Shown in pieces: positions 9,080 to 18,924 of a stretch of 64,000 nt of DNA. The notes under the pieces are model-generated. The model had not been told where the DNA came from and made no database searches. It worked only from the letters and a program-made list of their open reading frames with translations. Source of the stretch: Candidatus Hydrogenedentota bacterium (GTDB lineage: Bacteria > Hydrogenedentota > Hydrogenedentia > Hydrogenedentales > JAEUWI01); NCBI GenBank assembly GCA_034669905.1, contig JAXMOL010000033.1, forward strand, positions 8,690 to 72,689. Direction: 5' to 3'. Within the stretch, counting starts at the first letter, position 1, and each line of letters starts with the position of its first letter. The position numbers and the translations under genes are program-made.

Positions 9080-10069
9080 TCAGTGCGCAACGGTGGCCAG
9101 CGCGATCGAATACAGCACAAAGCCCGCAAGAAAAACCGCGCCTTCCCGCCGCGAAAGGACGCCTCCGGAGCGCACGAAGGGAATCAGGGCGGCGGAGAAA
9201 AGGATCATGACCGGAATCCCGATAAGGCCGGCCTGTGCCGTGATGGGCTGGGGGGCGAAGAGGGCACAGGTCCCCAGGATGCCGAGGATATTGAAGATGT
9301 TGGAGCCGATGAAGTTTCCCACCGCCACATCGGCACTCTTTCGACAGGCCGCTACGATGGAGGTGACAAGTTCGGGGAGGGACGTGCCCACGGCCACAAT
9401 GGTCAGACCGATGATGAATTCGGAGACCCCCCATGCCTGGGCAATCGATGTGGCGGCACCTACGAAGGCCTGGGAGCCGCCAATGAGGAGTGCCAACCCT
9501 GCGACACCCAGCAGGAGGTGCAGCGCAACGTATTTTTCGGGTAGGTCCTGCGGGCTCTGGGGCGTGAGGTGGGCCGCCTCCAGCTCGGCCTGTGCCGTTT
9601 TCTGGGTCTGTTTCATGGCCGCCCGATCGGCGATGTAGGCGGCACTGAGATAAAGGGTCAGGCCCACGAGGGAGAGGAGGCCTACCCATCCGGGAACGGC
9701 ACCAAAGAGGAAATAGGAGCCGAGGGGCAGCAGGCAAACACCCAACGCCACGAACAGGTCCCGTCGCACGGCAGGAAAGGACACGGCAATGGGATGGATG
9801 AGTGCAGTCAAACCGAGTATGAAGCCGATATTGAAAATGTTGGACCCAATGACGTTGCCCATGCTGATACCCGTGTTTCCGGCCAGCGTCGCGGAAAGGC
9901 TCGCCCCCAATTCCGGTGAGGAGGTGCCAAAGCCCACCACGGTCAGGCCCACGAAGAGCGGCGATATGCCGAGACGTAGTGCGAGGAGCGAAGCGCCCCG
10001 TACGAAGAGTTCTGCACCGAGGGTCAATACCGCGATGGCAAGGAGTACGGTCAGGAAATCTATGAGCAT
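9080..10069 (-). CDS. Ca2+/Na+ antiporter (YrbG / CaCA family)
   Basis: Two alpha repeats: GFGTSSPEL...GNVIGSNIFN and AVGTSLPEL...GNFIGSNIFN; about 10 TM helices. Confidence 0.92.
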   Translation of the reverse strand: MLIDFLTVLLAIAVLTLGAELFVRGASLLALRLGISPLFVGLTVVGFGTSSPELGASLSATLAGNTGISMGNVIGSNIFNIGFILGLTALIHPIAVSFPAVRRDLFVALGVCLLPLGSYFLFGAVPGWVGLLSLVGLTLYLSAAYIADRAAMKQTQKTAQAELEAAHLTPQSPQDLPEKYVALHLLLGVAGLALLIGGSQAFVGAATSIAQAWGVSEFIIGLTIVAVGTSLPELVTSIVAACRKSADVAVGNFIGSNIFNILGILGTCALFAPQPITAQAGLIGIPVMILFSAALIPFVRSGGVLSRREGAVFLAGFVLYSIALATVAH

Positions 10070-10382
10070 GGTGGTATGCCTTCTGGGCTGCGGCGGGGGG
10101 GGCGCCGCGCCCGTTCATCAGGGACGCTATAGCACACGAAAAGCCGGTAAGGAGCGTGTGCTCCTCAGCGCGCTACAGGGCGCGCCGCTTCCGTAGCGTA
10201 CCACGGACCACCGTTTTTTGCGTACTCGAATGATTCCATTATAAATATGGGATTAATGTGATTTGTGCCGACGTGTCGCCTTTTTATGGGTAATAAACCG
10301 GGTGAAATCTGGTAGACTTAAGGGTGTGCAATCATCGCAGTCGGAGGGACGTCGTCCCGGTGGTCAGGAAAGAGGAAATCCC

Positions 10383-13300
10383 GTGAACACTTCAGTTTTT
10401 AAGGTAGCCCATACATTCATTTGGACCGTGGCAGGTCTCGGCTTATGGACTTCGACCGCGTTGGCACAGGTGGCTACGGCTCCTGATATTGGCGCCCTGA
10501 AGGGGGGACGGCAGGCCGACACGGGTATCAGCAAGCAAGTCAGCAGTTCGGATCGGCTGCGCCACGAAATCTGGGGCCAGTCCAACTATGGCGATGGCTA
10601 TATCTATGGCCCGACCAACCGCCGCTCCGGCATGACCGTGGTGGATATCGACCTGGACGGGGACAACGACTTCGTATTTCCCAGCAGTATATCGAGCCCC
10701 CAGCTGATGCAGAATCTGGGCTCGAGCAGCGCCTTCTACCCCGGTGGCTCGGTGACCCTTCCGATGGATGATTTGCCGGAGTTTACGCGGTGGGATCTGA
10801 ATATGGATTTCGCGGATCTGACCGGCGATGGCTTGCCCGATTTGGTGGCCGTAGTGAATTTTGAAAACGGATTTGGCACCTTCAACAAGCAAGTGGTCTT
10901 TTACCGCAACGAAGGCCCCCGAACGGAACCCACCTTTTCCTACCAGGGATTGCTGGCGTCCAGCGTTCAGGACTCGGGGGATCAGCGCGCCATGTGGGTG
11001 GCCCTGGGGGATATCAACGGCGACGGCCTGCAGGATCTCTTCATTGCGGAAGCGTGGATCTTTGCGACGGAACGGCAACACCGGGTGTACCTTGGCGTAA
11101 ACGTCGGGACGAGCAGCGCGCCCCTCTTTGCTTCCTTTCAGGAAGTGACGGAACTGAGCAACCTGATGCCGTCGCGCATAGAAACCACGAAAGATGACAA
11201 AGAAGCGCCGGTACGTGCGGAGGCTGCCGTGGAGCAGTTGAAAAGCAGCACGGCGAAGGGCACGAGTTTTTCCTACAACCTGGGCGACATCGCCATCTAT
11301 GACTGGGATTTCGATGGCGTACTCGATTTTATGTTCTACGATCGCACCGAAGGGCTGACCCTTGTGCGCAACGTGGGCACCACAACAGAGCCCGCCTGGA
11401 ATGACGAAATAGGTACGGACTTCGTTACCTACATCTACGATCACAACGCGATCGACGACCTGACCTATGCGGAAGGGACGTTTGCTGTACGGGAAAACCC
11501 CGACTCAGCCTTACCCGGCGTGGATTGGACGCGGGATGTATTGGTCTCCGTTAACAGCCGCCTTAAGAATTACCGTTTCTTCACCAACGAAGGCGAGAAT
11601 GGGGCCTATCGGATTAATCAGCAAAACGCGGTGGCTTTTCCCGCGGGTCAAGGCGACGTCGCCTTTTGGGATGCGGATGGCGACGGGGACCTGGACATGT
11701 TTCGGACGGGCATCAGTTCCTCATCATCTACCAACCTGATCATGTTGCGAAATGAAGGGGCGCCCTATGCGCCGGCGTGGGGTGAGTTCGCCTCTGCCAA
11801 CAGCATTCTCAATGTGCCGTTGGATTCGGGCGATGACAGCAATGAATATCGCAATGACCTCTTCCTCTTTGCCGACCACGACAATGATGGCGTGCAGTCC
11901 CTCTTCATACAGAAGCTCGACGGACACATTGCCTACTACGGAGCGACGCAGGCCGGCAGCGGTCCTCCCACCTTCACGTTGCTGGACAGCGAATTTGTCG
12001 ATTCCGTGGACAGCAGTCACACGGTGTCGACGCCCCGTGGTTTTGCCATGACGGATTTTGACCGCTTTAATGACGGGAATGCGGAGCTGATCACGGCCTA
12101 TTCCTACAGCGGGGATACGACCTTGCGGGTCATCGACACGGGGTTTGGCTTTGTCTATGATTTAAATGAAGGCACGCTCCCGGCCAACTTCATGCCAGAC
12201 CCCGATAACAGTGCCATCTCCATAGATCCGATTAATATTGAATCCATGACGAGCGGTGATCTCAATCTCGATGGTCGGCCCGATCTGATTGTGGCCTATT
12301 CGACGGACGAAGATTTCGAAGATACCGAGCTGCTCTATTACATCAACGAAATCGTGACGGACCACAATAACTTCAGCATCCCCGCCTTCCGCTTCAGCTA
12401 CAACGGGCGCCTGGACTTGCCCTACGATACGGACCACCGTTTTGGCCGCATGCCGAAGATGGCCGATATCGATTCCGATGGCGATATGGACCTGTTTGTC
12501 GGGCATCGGTACCCGGACAATCATGGGAGCAACCTGCGCTCCTACCTGCGTTTTTACCGCAATATTATTGATTCCGGAGTGGACATTTACCGCCAGCGTC
12601 TGGTGACCGAGCAGCTCATCGATCTGACGGTGGGCGGTGTGCAGCCCGAATATAACATCATTCAAAATAACAGCGGTGGTCGCATCGAAGGGGATGCCCT
12701 CTATCGCACCGGTACCACCGCGCCGACCATTGATATTCTCGAGAGTGTGGGGCTCGAGCGGAATGCCCGGGTCTTTCTGGATGTGCTTCCGGAAGTGGGC
12801 GATAACGAGTCCAAGGCCATTATTGTGGTGGGCGACACGGCGGACGATTCGCTCTACGATACATTTGCGACCCTCGCCGACTTTGCCTATTTTGTGTTGC
12901 GTTCGGAAGGGCTACCGGCCGACAACATCCGCTTCTATGCGGATGATGCCTCCCAACTGGATGGCGAAGTTATCGGGAAGCCTACCCTGGCCAGCCTGGA
13001 GGATTCCATCACCAACTGGGCCCAGGGAACGGAGAAACTCCTGGTCTATCTGGTGGACCACGGTCAGCGGGATCGCTTCCGAATGAATGCGACGGAGTAC
13101 CTGGAAGCGGACGATCTGGACGCGTGGTATGACGAACTCCAGAATGTCGACATTTCGGTGCGGCCCATGATTACCACCATGATCGATACCTGCGAGTCCG
13201 GCAGCTTCATCGACAACCTGGCTCTGAGCAAATCCCAGAAAGCCGACGAAGAAAAGGGCACGACGGGTCCCCAGCGCATCTCGATGACGAGTGCGGGACA

Positions 13301-15008
13301 AGGTCCGGTGGAAGGCGTAGCCCTCTTCGATCAGGCCCAGTACATCAGTTTCTCGCTGAACTTCTGGTTTAATATTTTCAATGGCCGGGATTATGGTCAG
13401 GCCTTTGACGAGGCGAAGATCGCCATCGAGGCGGTGAACCCCCTTCAGATTCCCCAGATTGACAGCGACGGGGATGGGGTGGCCAACCAGGGCGGGGATA
13501 GTGCCACTGCCACAGGCCACCGTCCGGGTGCGACCTTTGATATCCAGGTGCCGGGTGTGTTCATCGGTAGTGTTACCTCCGACCAGGCCATCAGCTCCAA
13601 TTCGGCCACCCTTTCGATGGGCAACATCGTGTCACCCTTCCCGGTGGAAGGCGCCGGTGCCCTTATTGTGCCGCCCAACTTCCAGCGGCCTTCGCTGGGC
13701 AACGATGACGAACAGCCCATTTCCGGGCTCGATTTCATCGAGTTTACCTTTAACGACAGTACCCAGCGCTGGGAAGGGGAGTATACCGAGTTCGACGAAG
13801 GGGGGCTGTTCCAGGTCCAATACTTCGTGCGGGCCGGTGGACAATTCCACGCCTCCCCACGTATCGGTTTTGTCGACCGAATCGGAATTGCCGATGCTTG
13901 GGAATCGGATGATACGGGCGAAGAGGCCAACTGGATTCCCATCAACTCGGTACAGGGCCACAATTTCCATGATGACGGCGACGCGGACTGGGTGCAGTTT
14001 TCACCCCTTCCGAACCAGACCGCAACCATCGGTATCATTAACCCGGGACCCAATAACCGGGCCGTGGTAGAGCTGTTCCGGGCGGAGGATATTCTCGCGG
14101 ATGGTTCGGACAACGCCACGCCGGTGCGCACGGTGACCAGTGCCGATTTCGGTGAAGACCTGGTTTTCCAGGAGACCTTCTCCACTTCGGAACAGTACTA
14201 TCTGCGGGTTACCAATGAGGATTCCGGCCTTAGTGGCGAAGGTACGTCCTATCTCTTGCTGGTCGCGGTCGGCACCGGCGGGTCGAACCTGATCCCCACG
14301 ACCTTGATCGTCACGGTTATGGATTCCGATGGCCGTACGCCGATTTCGGGTGCAGACGTCATGTTCGATGGCCGTAATGTGGGTAAGTCTTCCCGCGAAG
14401 GTATCTGTCACATGTCGGTGAGTGCCTATTCGACCTACGTCGTGGAAGCGTCCAAGGCGGGCTTCTCTCCGCGCAGCCGCAGCGTTACGGTGAACAACAT
14501 CATCGAAGAGGCAGAGATTGAAATGTCGGCGGTCGCGGGCGAGGGTGAAGGCGAAGGGGAGGGGGAGGGTGAAGGCGAAGGTGAAGGCGAAGGTGAAGGA
14601 GAGGGCGAAGGCGAGACACCGTTGTCCGAGCTCGCGCAGGACCTCATCGATTCCTTTGATGCGGCCGATGCGGACAATGATGACCGGCTTTCTCTGGCTG
14701 AGGCGACTGGCGCGTCAGGCAGTCTGACGGTGACGCAGTTCAATGCGATGGATACGGATAGCGACGGATTCCTTACGCAGACGGAGCTCAATGCCCAGGT
14801 CGCTGCGGGTGAAGGCGAAGGCGAAGGTGAAGGAGAGGGCGAAGGCGAAGGTGAAACCCCGAAAGAACCGGGTGCCAGTTGCTCGGCTGCCGGTTCCAAG
14901 ACCGGCGTGACGGGAATGACCGGTGATATTCTCGCCGTCCTGTTGAGCCTGGGCCTTCTGTGTTGGCACGCCGGACTCCTGAGCCGTGGTCGTCGAGATG
15001 CGGCTTGA
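10383..15008 (+). CDS. Large surface protein: FG-GAP/VCBS repeats, clan CD (C13-like) peptidase domain, carboxypeptidase-regulatory-like domain, GE linkers, EF-hands, C-terminal TM anchor
   Basis: GTG start after GAGG; signal peptide; repeated DxDGDGxxD motifs; VYLVDHG (His at 13059) and MIDTCESGSF (Cys at 13191); DADNDDRLSLAE and DTDSDGFLTQTE; hydrophobic tail followed by RGRR. Confidence 0.85.
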   Translation: MNTSVFKVAHTFIWTVAGLGLWTSTALAQVATAPDIGALKGGRQADTGISKQVSSSDRLRHEIWGQSNYGDGYIYGPTNRRSGMTVVDIDLDGDNDFVFPSSISSPQLMQNLGSSSAFYPGGSVTLPMDDLPEFTRWDLNMDFADLTGDGLPDLVAVVNFENGFGTFNKQVVFYRNEGPRTEPTFSYQGLLASSVQDSGDQRAMWVALGDINGDGLQDLFIAEAWIFATERQHRVYLGVNVGTSSAPLFASFQEVTELSNLMPSRIETTKDDKEAPVRAEAAVEQLKSSTAKGTSFSYNLGDIAIYDWDFDGVLDFMFYDRTEGLTLVRNVGTTTEPAWNDEIGTDFVTYIYDHNAIDDLTYAEGTFAVRENPDSALPGVDWTRDVLVSVNSRLKNYRFFTNEGENGAYRINQQNAVAFPAGQGDVAFWDADGDGDLDMFRTGISSSSSTNLIMLRNEGAPYAPAWGEFASANSILNVPLDSGDDSNEYRNDLFLFADHDNDGVQSLFIQKLDGHIAYYGATQAGSGPPTFTLLDSEFVDSVDSSHTVSTPRGFAMTDFDRFNDGNAELITAYSYSGDTTLRVIDTGFGFVYDLNEGTLPANFMPDPDNSAISIDPINIESMTSGDLNLDGRPDLIVAYSTDEDFEDTELLYYINEIVTDHNNFSIPAFRFSYNGRLDLPYDTDHRFGRMPKMADIDSDGDMDLFVGHRYPDNHGSNLRSYLRFYRNIIDSGVDIYRQRLVTEQLIDLTVGGVQPEYNIIQNNSGGRIEGDALYRTGTTAPTIDILESVGLERNARVFLDVLPEVGDNESKAIIVVGDTADDSLYDTFATLADFAYFVLRSEGLPADNIRFYADDASQLDGEVIGKPTLASLEDSITNWAQGTEKLLVYLVDHGQRDRFRMNATEYLEADDLDAWYDELQNVDISVRPMITTMIDTCESGSFIDNLALSKSQKADEEKGTTGPQRISMTSAGQGPVEGVALFDQAQYISFSLNFWFNIFNGRDYGQAFDEAKIAIEAVNPLQIPQIDSDGDGVANQGGDSATATGHRPGATFDIQVPGVFIGSVTSDQAISSNSATLSMGNIVSPFPVEGAGALIVPPNFQRPSLGNDDEQPISGLDFIEFTFNDSTQRWEGEYTEFDEGGLFQVQYFVRAGGQFHASPRIGFVDRIGIADAWESDDTGEEANWIPINSVQGHNFHDDGDADWVQFSPLPNQTATIGIINPGPNNRAVVELFRAEDILADGSDNATPVRTVTSADFGEDLVFQETFSTSEQYYLRVTNEDSGLSGEGTSYLLLVAVGTGGSNLIPTTLIVTVMDSDGRTPISGADVMFDGRNVGKSSREGICHMSVSAYSTYVVEASKAGFSPRSRSVTVNNIIEEAEIEMSAVAGEGEGEGEGEGEGEGEGEGEGEGEGETPLSELAQDLIDSFDAADADNDDRLSLAEATGASGSLTVTQFNAMDTDSDGFLTQTELNAQVAAGEGEGEGEGEGEGEGETPKEPGASCSAAGSKTGVTGMTGDILAVLLSLGLLCWHAGLLSRGRRDAA
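14538..14855 (+). repeat. Two coding (Gly-Glu)n tracts: 13 units (14538-14615) and 8 units (14808-14855)
   Basis: GGN-GAR codon repeats flanking the EF-hand module; the tracts share the identical stretch GAAGGCGAAGGTGAAGGAGAGGGCGAAGGCGA. Confidence 0.95.
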
Positions 15009-15110
15009 GTGGCACACCACGATAAACTAAACTGTTAGGGACCTTTACGGGTCATGGGTTCAAGGAACTCATGGCCCGTTTTCTTTATGTACCGATGAGA
15101 GGAACCGGCG

Positions 15111-18100
15111 ATGGTAGCGCGCAGTGTAGTACGTTGGGGTATTCGAAGTGGGATCGCGGGGTGTTGCTTTGCGGCGCTGGTGCTTATTCCCTTGGCCGTC
15201 GTGGCGCAGGGGGAGGCCGGCATCTTTTCGCGCGACAATCTCGTGGCCTGGTGCATTGTGCCCTTTGACAGCAAGAAGCGGGGGCCCGAAGCCCGTGCGG
15301 AAATGATGGCCCGGCTGGGGATTAAGAAATTCGCCTACGATTGGCGGGCCGAGCACATTCCCACCTTTGATGAAGAGTTGCAGGTGCTCCAACGTTACGG
15401 CATCGAACTGACCGCTTTCTGGTTTCCGTCTGCGCTAAACGCGGAGGCCCAGACCATCCTGGCGGCCCTCAAGCGCAATGACGTTAAGACCCAACTCTGG
15501 GTGACCATGGGGGGGGGCGACATCGAATGTACGCCCGAGGAACAGGCGCAGCGCGTGAAGGAGCATGCCGATGCCCTCCGGCCTCTCGTGAAAGCAGCGG
15601 CCGAAATAGGCTGCTCCGTGGGGCTCTATAACCACGGTCACTGGTTTGGCGAGCCGGACAACCAGATTGCCATCATCAAGGCCCTCGATGCGCCCAACGT
15701 GGGTATCGTCTATAACCTGCACCACGGCCATGGACATGTGGACCAGCTCCCCGAACTCTTGCAGCGCATGAAGCCCTACCTCTATGCCTTTAATCTGAAT
15801 GGGATGAATCGGGAGGGCGACAAGAAGGGCCAGAAGATTCTTCCCCTGGCCCAGGGCGAATTGGACCTGCACCTGCTCCAGGTACTGCGCGAGAGTGGCT
15901 ATGACGGGCCGGTCGGTGTCCTCGGACATACCCAGGATGACGCGGAAACGACCCTGCAGGATAACCTCGACGGCCTGGGATGGTTGTTGCCTCAGTTGGA
16001 CGGCGGCGCGGCCCCGGGTCCCAGGCCTGTTCCGCAGCGAGCGAGTCTCCGTCCCAAGTCGGCCTTGGGAAAGCCCTCTCTCTCCGAGGTCTTTGGCAAG
16101 GCATTGGCCGGGGGTATGGTGGTGCCGGGGAAGGACGCATACCGCACGCCGCCCATGACGGTGACGTGCCGCGCCAAACTCGACAGCGCGACGGGCTTTA
16201 ATATTCTCATTGCGAGTGATACGAAGGCCTCCGGTGCCCACTGGGAAATATTCACCCAGTCCGGCAGCGGTGAACTCTCGGTGTACATGCCCGGGAGCGC
16301 GCCGGATCATGGCCGCACGGGCCGCAACATCACCGACGGCCAATGGCATCAGATCGTGTTTCAATACGGCGTCGACGAAATTGCCCTCTATCTTGATGGC
16401 AAAGAAGTGCTGCGCCAGGACATTGAAAATCAAGGCAAGCCCACGGTCCCGGGCGACCTGGCCTTTGGGCAACTTGTGTCGGGGCGGGGCGGCTGCGATG
16501 GGCTGATCGATGATGTTCACCTTCAGCGGGGCATTCAGCCCGTGGGCGCCCCGGCGGAGGGCCCCCACGCGGCGGGCGAACACACGATTGGGCTCTGGTC
16601 TTTCGATGATCTGACGGAGACCCAGGTGGCGAGACTACCCGCCGTGGAAGACCCGGCGGTGCGGGCGGCCTTGCCAGAATACCAGGTTATTCCGGCGGCC
16701 GACGAGGGGCAGCTTACCCCCGCCAATGGCTTTCCCGCCGCGGAGGCCTATAGCACCTGGCACCGTTCCCACGGCGACAGCTCCAACAGCCGCTATTCGT
16801 CGGCGAACCAAATTAATCGGGAGACGGTGAAGGACCTGAAAGTGGCGTGGGAATACCGCTCCGGGGACGGAGAAGGTAACATCCAATGCAACCCCGTGGT
16901 TGTGGGTGATACGCTCTACGTCCCTACGCCGGGGAATCACCTGGTGGCCCTCGATGCCCGCACGGGTGCGGAGAAGTGGCGCTTCAAGGGAGCGGGACGT
17001 CCCGCCCACCGCGGCCTGGTTTATTGGCCCGGTTGGGGCACCCACGGCCCGCGCCTGCTGGTGAGTATTGGGGAAGAACTCTGGGCCATCGACCCGACGA
17101 CGGGTACGCCCATCGCGGCCTTTGGCGATGGGGGCAAGGTACAGACCGGCGTTTCCGTGGTGGCGGGCGCCATCTTTCAAAACGTGCTCGTGCTGCCGGG
17201 TTTTCAACGGGATGTGTGGGGACACGATATCGTTACGGGCGAACGCCTCTGGACCTTTCACACCATGCCCACGGGCGACGCATATGGCGCCGATACCTGG
17301 GAGAATCCGGCCGATGGGGCCAACTGCTGGGGGGGCATGGCCCTGGATGAACAGCGGGGCATCGCCTATATTTCGACGGGCTCACCCAAGCCCAATTTCG
17401 TGGGCGTCCACCACACGGGACAGAATCTCTTTGCCAACAGCGTGATTGCCCTCGATGCCCTTACGGGCGCGCGCCGCTGGCACTTTCAGGAAATTCGCCA
17501 CGACATTTGGGATCTCGACATCCCCGCGCCGCCCAACCTGGTCACGGTAACGCGCCACGGCAAGCAGGTGGATGCCGTCGCCCAGGTGACCAAAATCGGC
17601 AATACCCTCTTGCTTGACCGGCTCACCGGCGAGCCCCTCTACCCCTTTCGGTTGCGCCGGGCGCCCGTTTCGACCTTACCCGGCGAGAAGACCTGGCCCT
17701 ATCAGCCTGATGTGGAACTGCCCGAACCCTTCGCCCGTCAGCACTTCACGCCCGACGACATCACCCAGCGCAACGACGAGGCCACGACGTATGTGCGCAA
17801 CATTGTAAACCTCAGTAACCATGGGTGGTTTGAGCCCTTCTCCGACGGCAAGCCCACCGTGTTTTTCGGACTCCACGGTGGTGCCGAATGGACCGGTGCG
17901 GCGGTGGACCCCAAGCGGGGACGGCTCTATGTGAGTGCCAACGAGATGGCGTGGAATGTGGCCGTCATTAAGGCCGTGGAGATTCGGCGCAAGGCGGGCG
18001 CTTCCCCCAGTCGGGGCCAGGCCGTTTACGAAGAGCGCTGTGTCACCTGCCACGGCAACAACCTCCAGGGAAACAGCCTCGCGCCGCCCCTTATCGGACT

Positions 18101-18698
18101 GGCAGACCGCCTCAGCGACGACGAGGTGCGCGCCCTTATCAAGACGGGCCGCAACCTCATGCCCGCCGCCGAAGGGCTGAGCGCGGAAGACGAAGCGGCG
18201 CTCCTCGACTACATTTTCCTGCGCGAGCCCGACCTCGAAATCATTCGCCCTGAGGATAATGGCGTGCCGCGCTACACCTTCAACGGCTACAACAAGCTCC
18301 TCGATCACGAGGGATATCCCGGCGTGACACCGCCCTGGGGAACGCTCAACTGCATCGATCTGAACACGGGAAAAATCGCCTGGAAAGTGCCCCTGGGCTA
18401 TTACCCCGAACTCGCCTTCTGGGGCGACGACAAGACGGGCGCAGAGAATTTTGGTGGTGCCATGGTGACGGCGGGCGGCCTCGTCTTTTGTGCGGGCACG
18501 CCCGACAACATGATTCGCGCCTTTGATGCCGATACGGGCGAAGAACTGTGGAAACACGAGCTCCCCTTCGGCGGCTACGCGCCTCCCGCGACCTATGAAG
18601 TGGATGGCAAGCAGTATGTGGTGATCGCAGCTACGGGGGCGGGAAAACTGGCCACCGAAGCGGGCGATGCCTGGGTGGCTTTTGCCCTGCCGGGGTGA
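15111..18698 (+). CDS. Multidomain periplasmic protein: TIM barrel + LamG/ConA + PQQ-dependent dehydrogenase propeller with inserted cytochrome c
   Basis: Signal peptide; VGLYNHG and IVYNLHHGH (TIM barrel); DGQWHQIV..ALYLDG..GLIDDV (LamG); GANCWGGMALD, HDIWDLDIPAPP, GGAEWTG (PQQ dehydrogenase); CVTCH at 18039-18053. Confidence 0.85.
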   Translation: MVARSVVRWGIRSGIAGCCFAALVLIPLAVVAQGEAGIFSRDNLVAWCIVPFDSKKRGPEARAEMMARLGIKKFAYDWRAEHIPTFDEELQVLQRYGIELTAFWFPSALNAEAQTILAALKRNDVKTQLWVTMGGGDIECTPEEQAQRVKEHADALRPLVKAAAEIGCSVGLYNHGHWFGEPDNQIAIIKALDAPNVGIVYNLHHGHGHVDQLPELLQRMKPYLYAFNLNGMNREGDKKGQKILPLAQGELDLHLLQVLRESGYDGPVGVLGHTQDDAETTLQDNLDGLGWLLPQLDGGAAPGPRPVPQRASLRPKSALGKPSLSEVFGKALAGGMVVPGKDAYRTPPMTVTCRAKLDSATGFNILIASDTKASGAHWEIFTQSGSGELSVYMPGSAPDHGRTGRNITDGQWHQIVFQYGVDEIALYLDGKEVLRQDIENQGKPTVPGDLAFGQLVSGRGGCDGLIDDVHLQRGIQPVGAPAEGPHAAGEHTIGLWSFDDLTETQVARLPAVEDPAVRAALPEYQVIPAADEGQLTPANGFPAAEAYSTWHRSHGDSSNSRYSSANQINRETVKDLKVAWEYRSGDGEGNIQCNPVVVGDTLYVPTPGNHLVALDARTGAEKWRFKGAGRPAHRGLVYWPGWGTHGPRLLVSIGEELWAIDPTTGTPIAAFGDGGKVQTGVSVVAGAIFQNVLVLPGFQRDVWGHDIVTGERLWTFHTMPTGDAYGADTWENPADGANCWGGMALDEQRGIAYISTGSPKPNFVGVHHTGQNLFANSVIALDALTGARRWHFQEIRHDIWDLDIPAPPNLVTVTRHGKQVDAVAQVTKIGNTLLLDRLTGEPLYPFRLRRAPVSTLPGEKTWPYQPDVELPEPFARQHFTPDDITQRNDEATTYVRNIVNLSNHGWFEPFSDGKPTVFFGLHGGAEWTGAAVDPKRGRLYVSANEMAWNVAVIKAVEIRRKAGASPSRGQAVYEERCVTCHGNNLQGNSLAPPLIGLADRLSDDEVRALIKTGRNLMPAAEGLSAEDEAALLDYIFLREPDLEIIRPEDNGVPRYTFNGYNKLLDHEGYPGVTPPWGTLNCIDLNTGKIAWKVPLGYYPELAFWGDDKTGAENFGGAMVTAGGLVFCAGTPDNMIRAFDADTGEELWKHELPFGGYAPPATYEVDGKQYVVIAATGAGKLATEAGDAWVAFALPG

Positions 18699-18718
18699 CG
18701 GGGTGGCTGCTGAAACGT

Positions 18719-18820
18719 CAGGGATGACAGAGACAACAGGGACAGCAGGGACTAAAACCTGCCGTGGCCCAAGGCGTACGGCGCAGGTGGTCCATTATGT
18801 CGTTTTTGTCCTTTAGGTCC
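18719..18820. repeat. 9-bp-period repeat (CAGGGACNN)x4 with a degenerate inverted arm
   Basis: cagggatga cagagacaa cagggacag cagggacta at 18719-18754; gtc-periodic arm at about 18799-18820. Confidence 0.55.
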
Positions 18821-18924
18821 TATATTTCCCATCTTCCAGTTGATTTTCTCTGGCCTGCGCGCTAAGGTGACCTGCCCTGAGAGCACAGTTGTTTTACCCT
18901 ATGCCGCATGTTGGAGGAGAGCCC

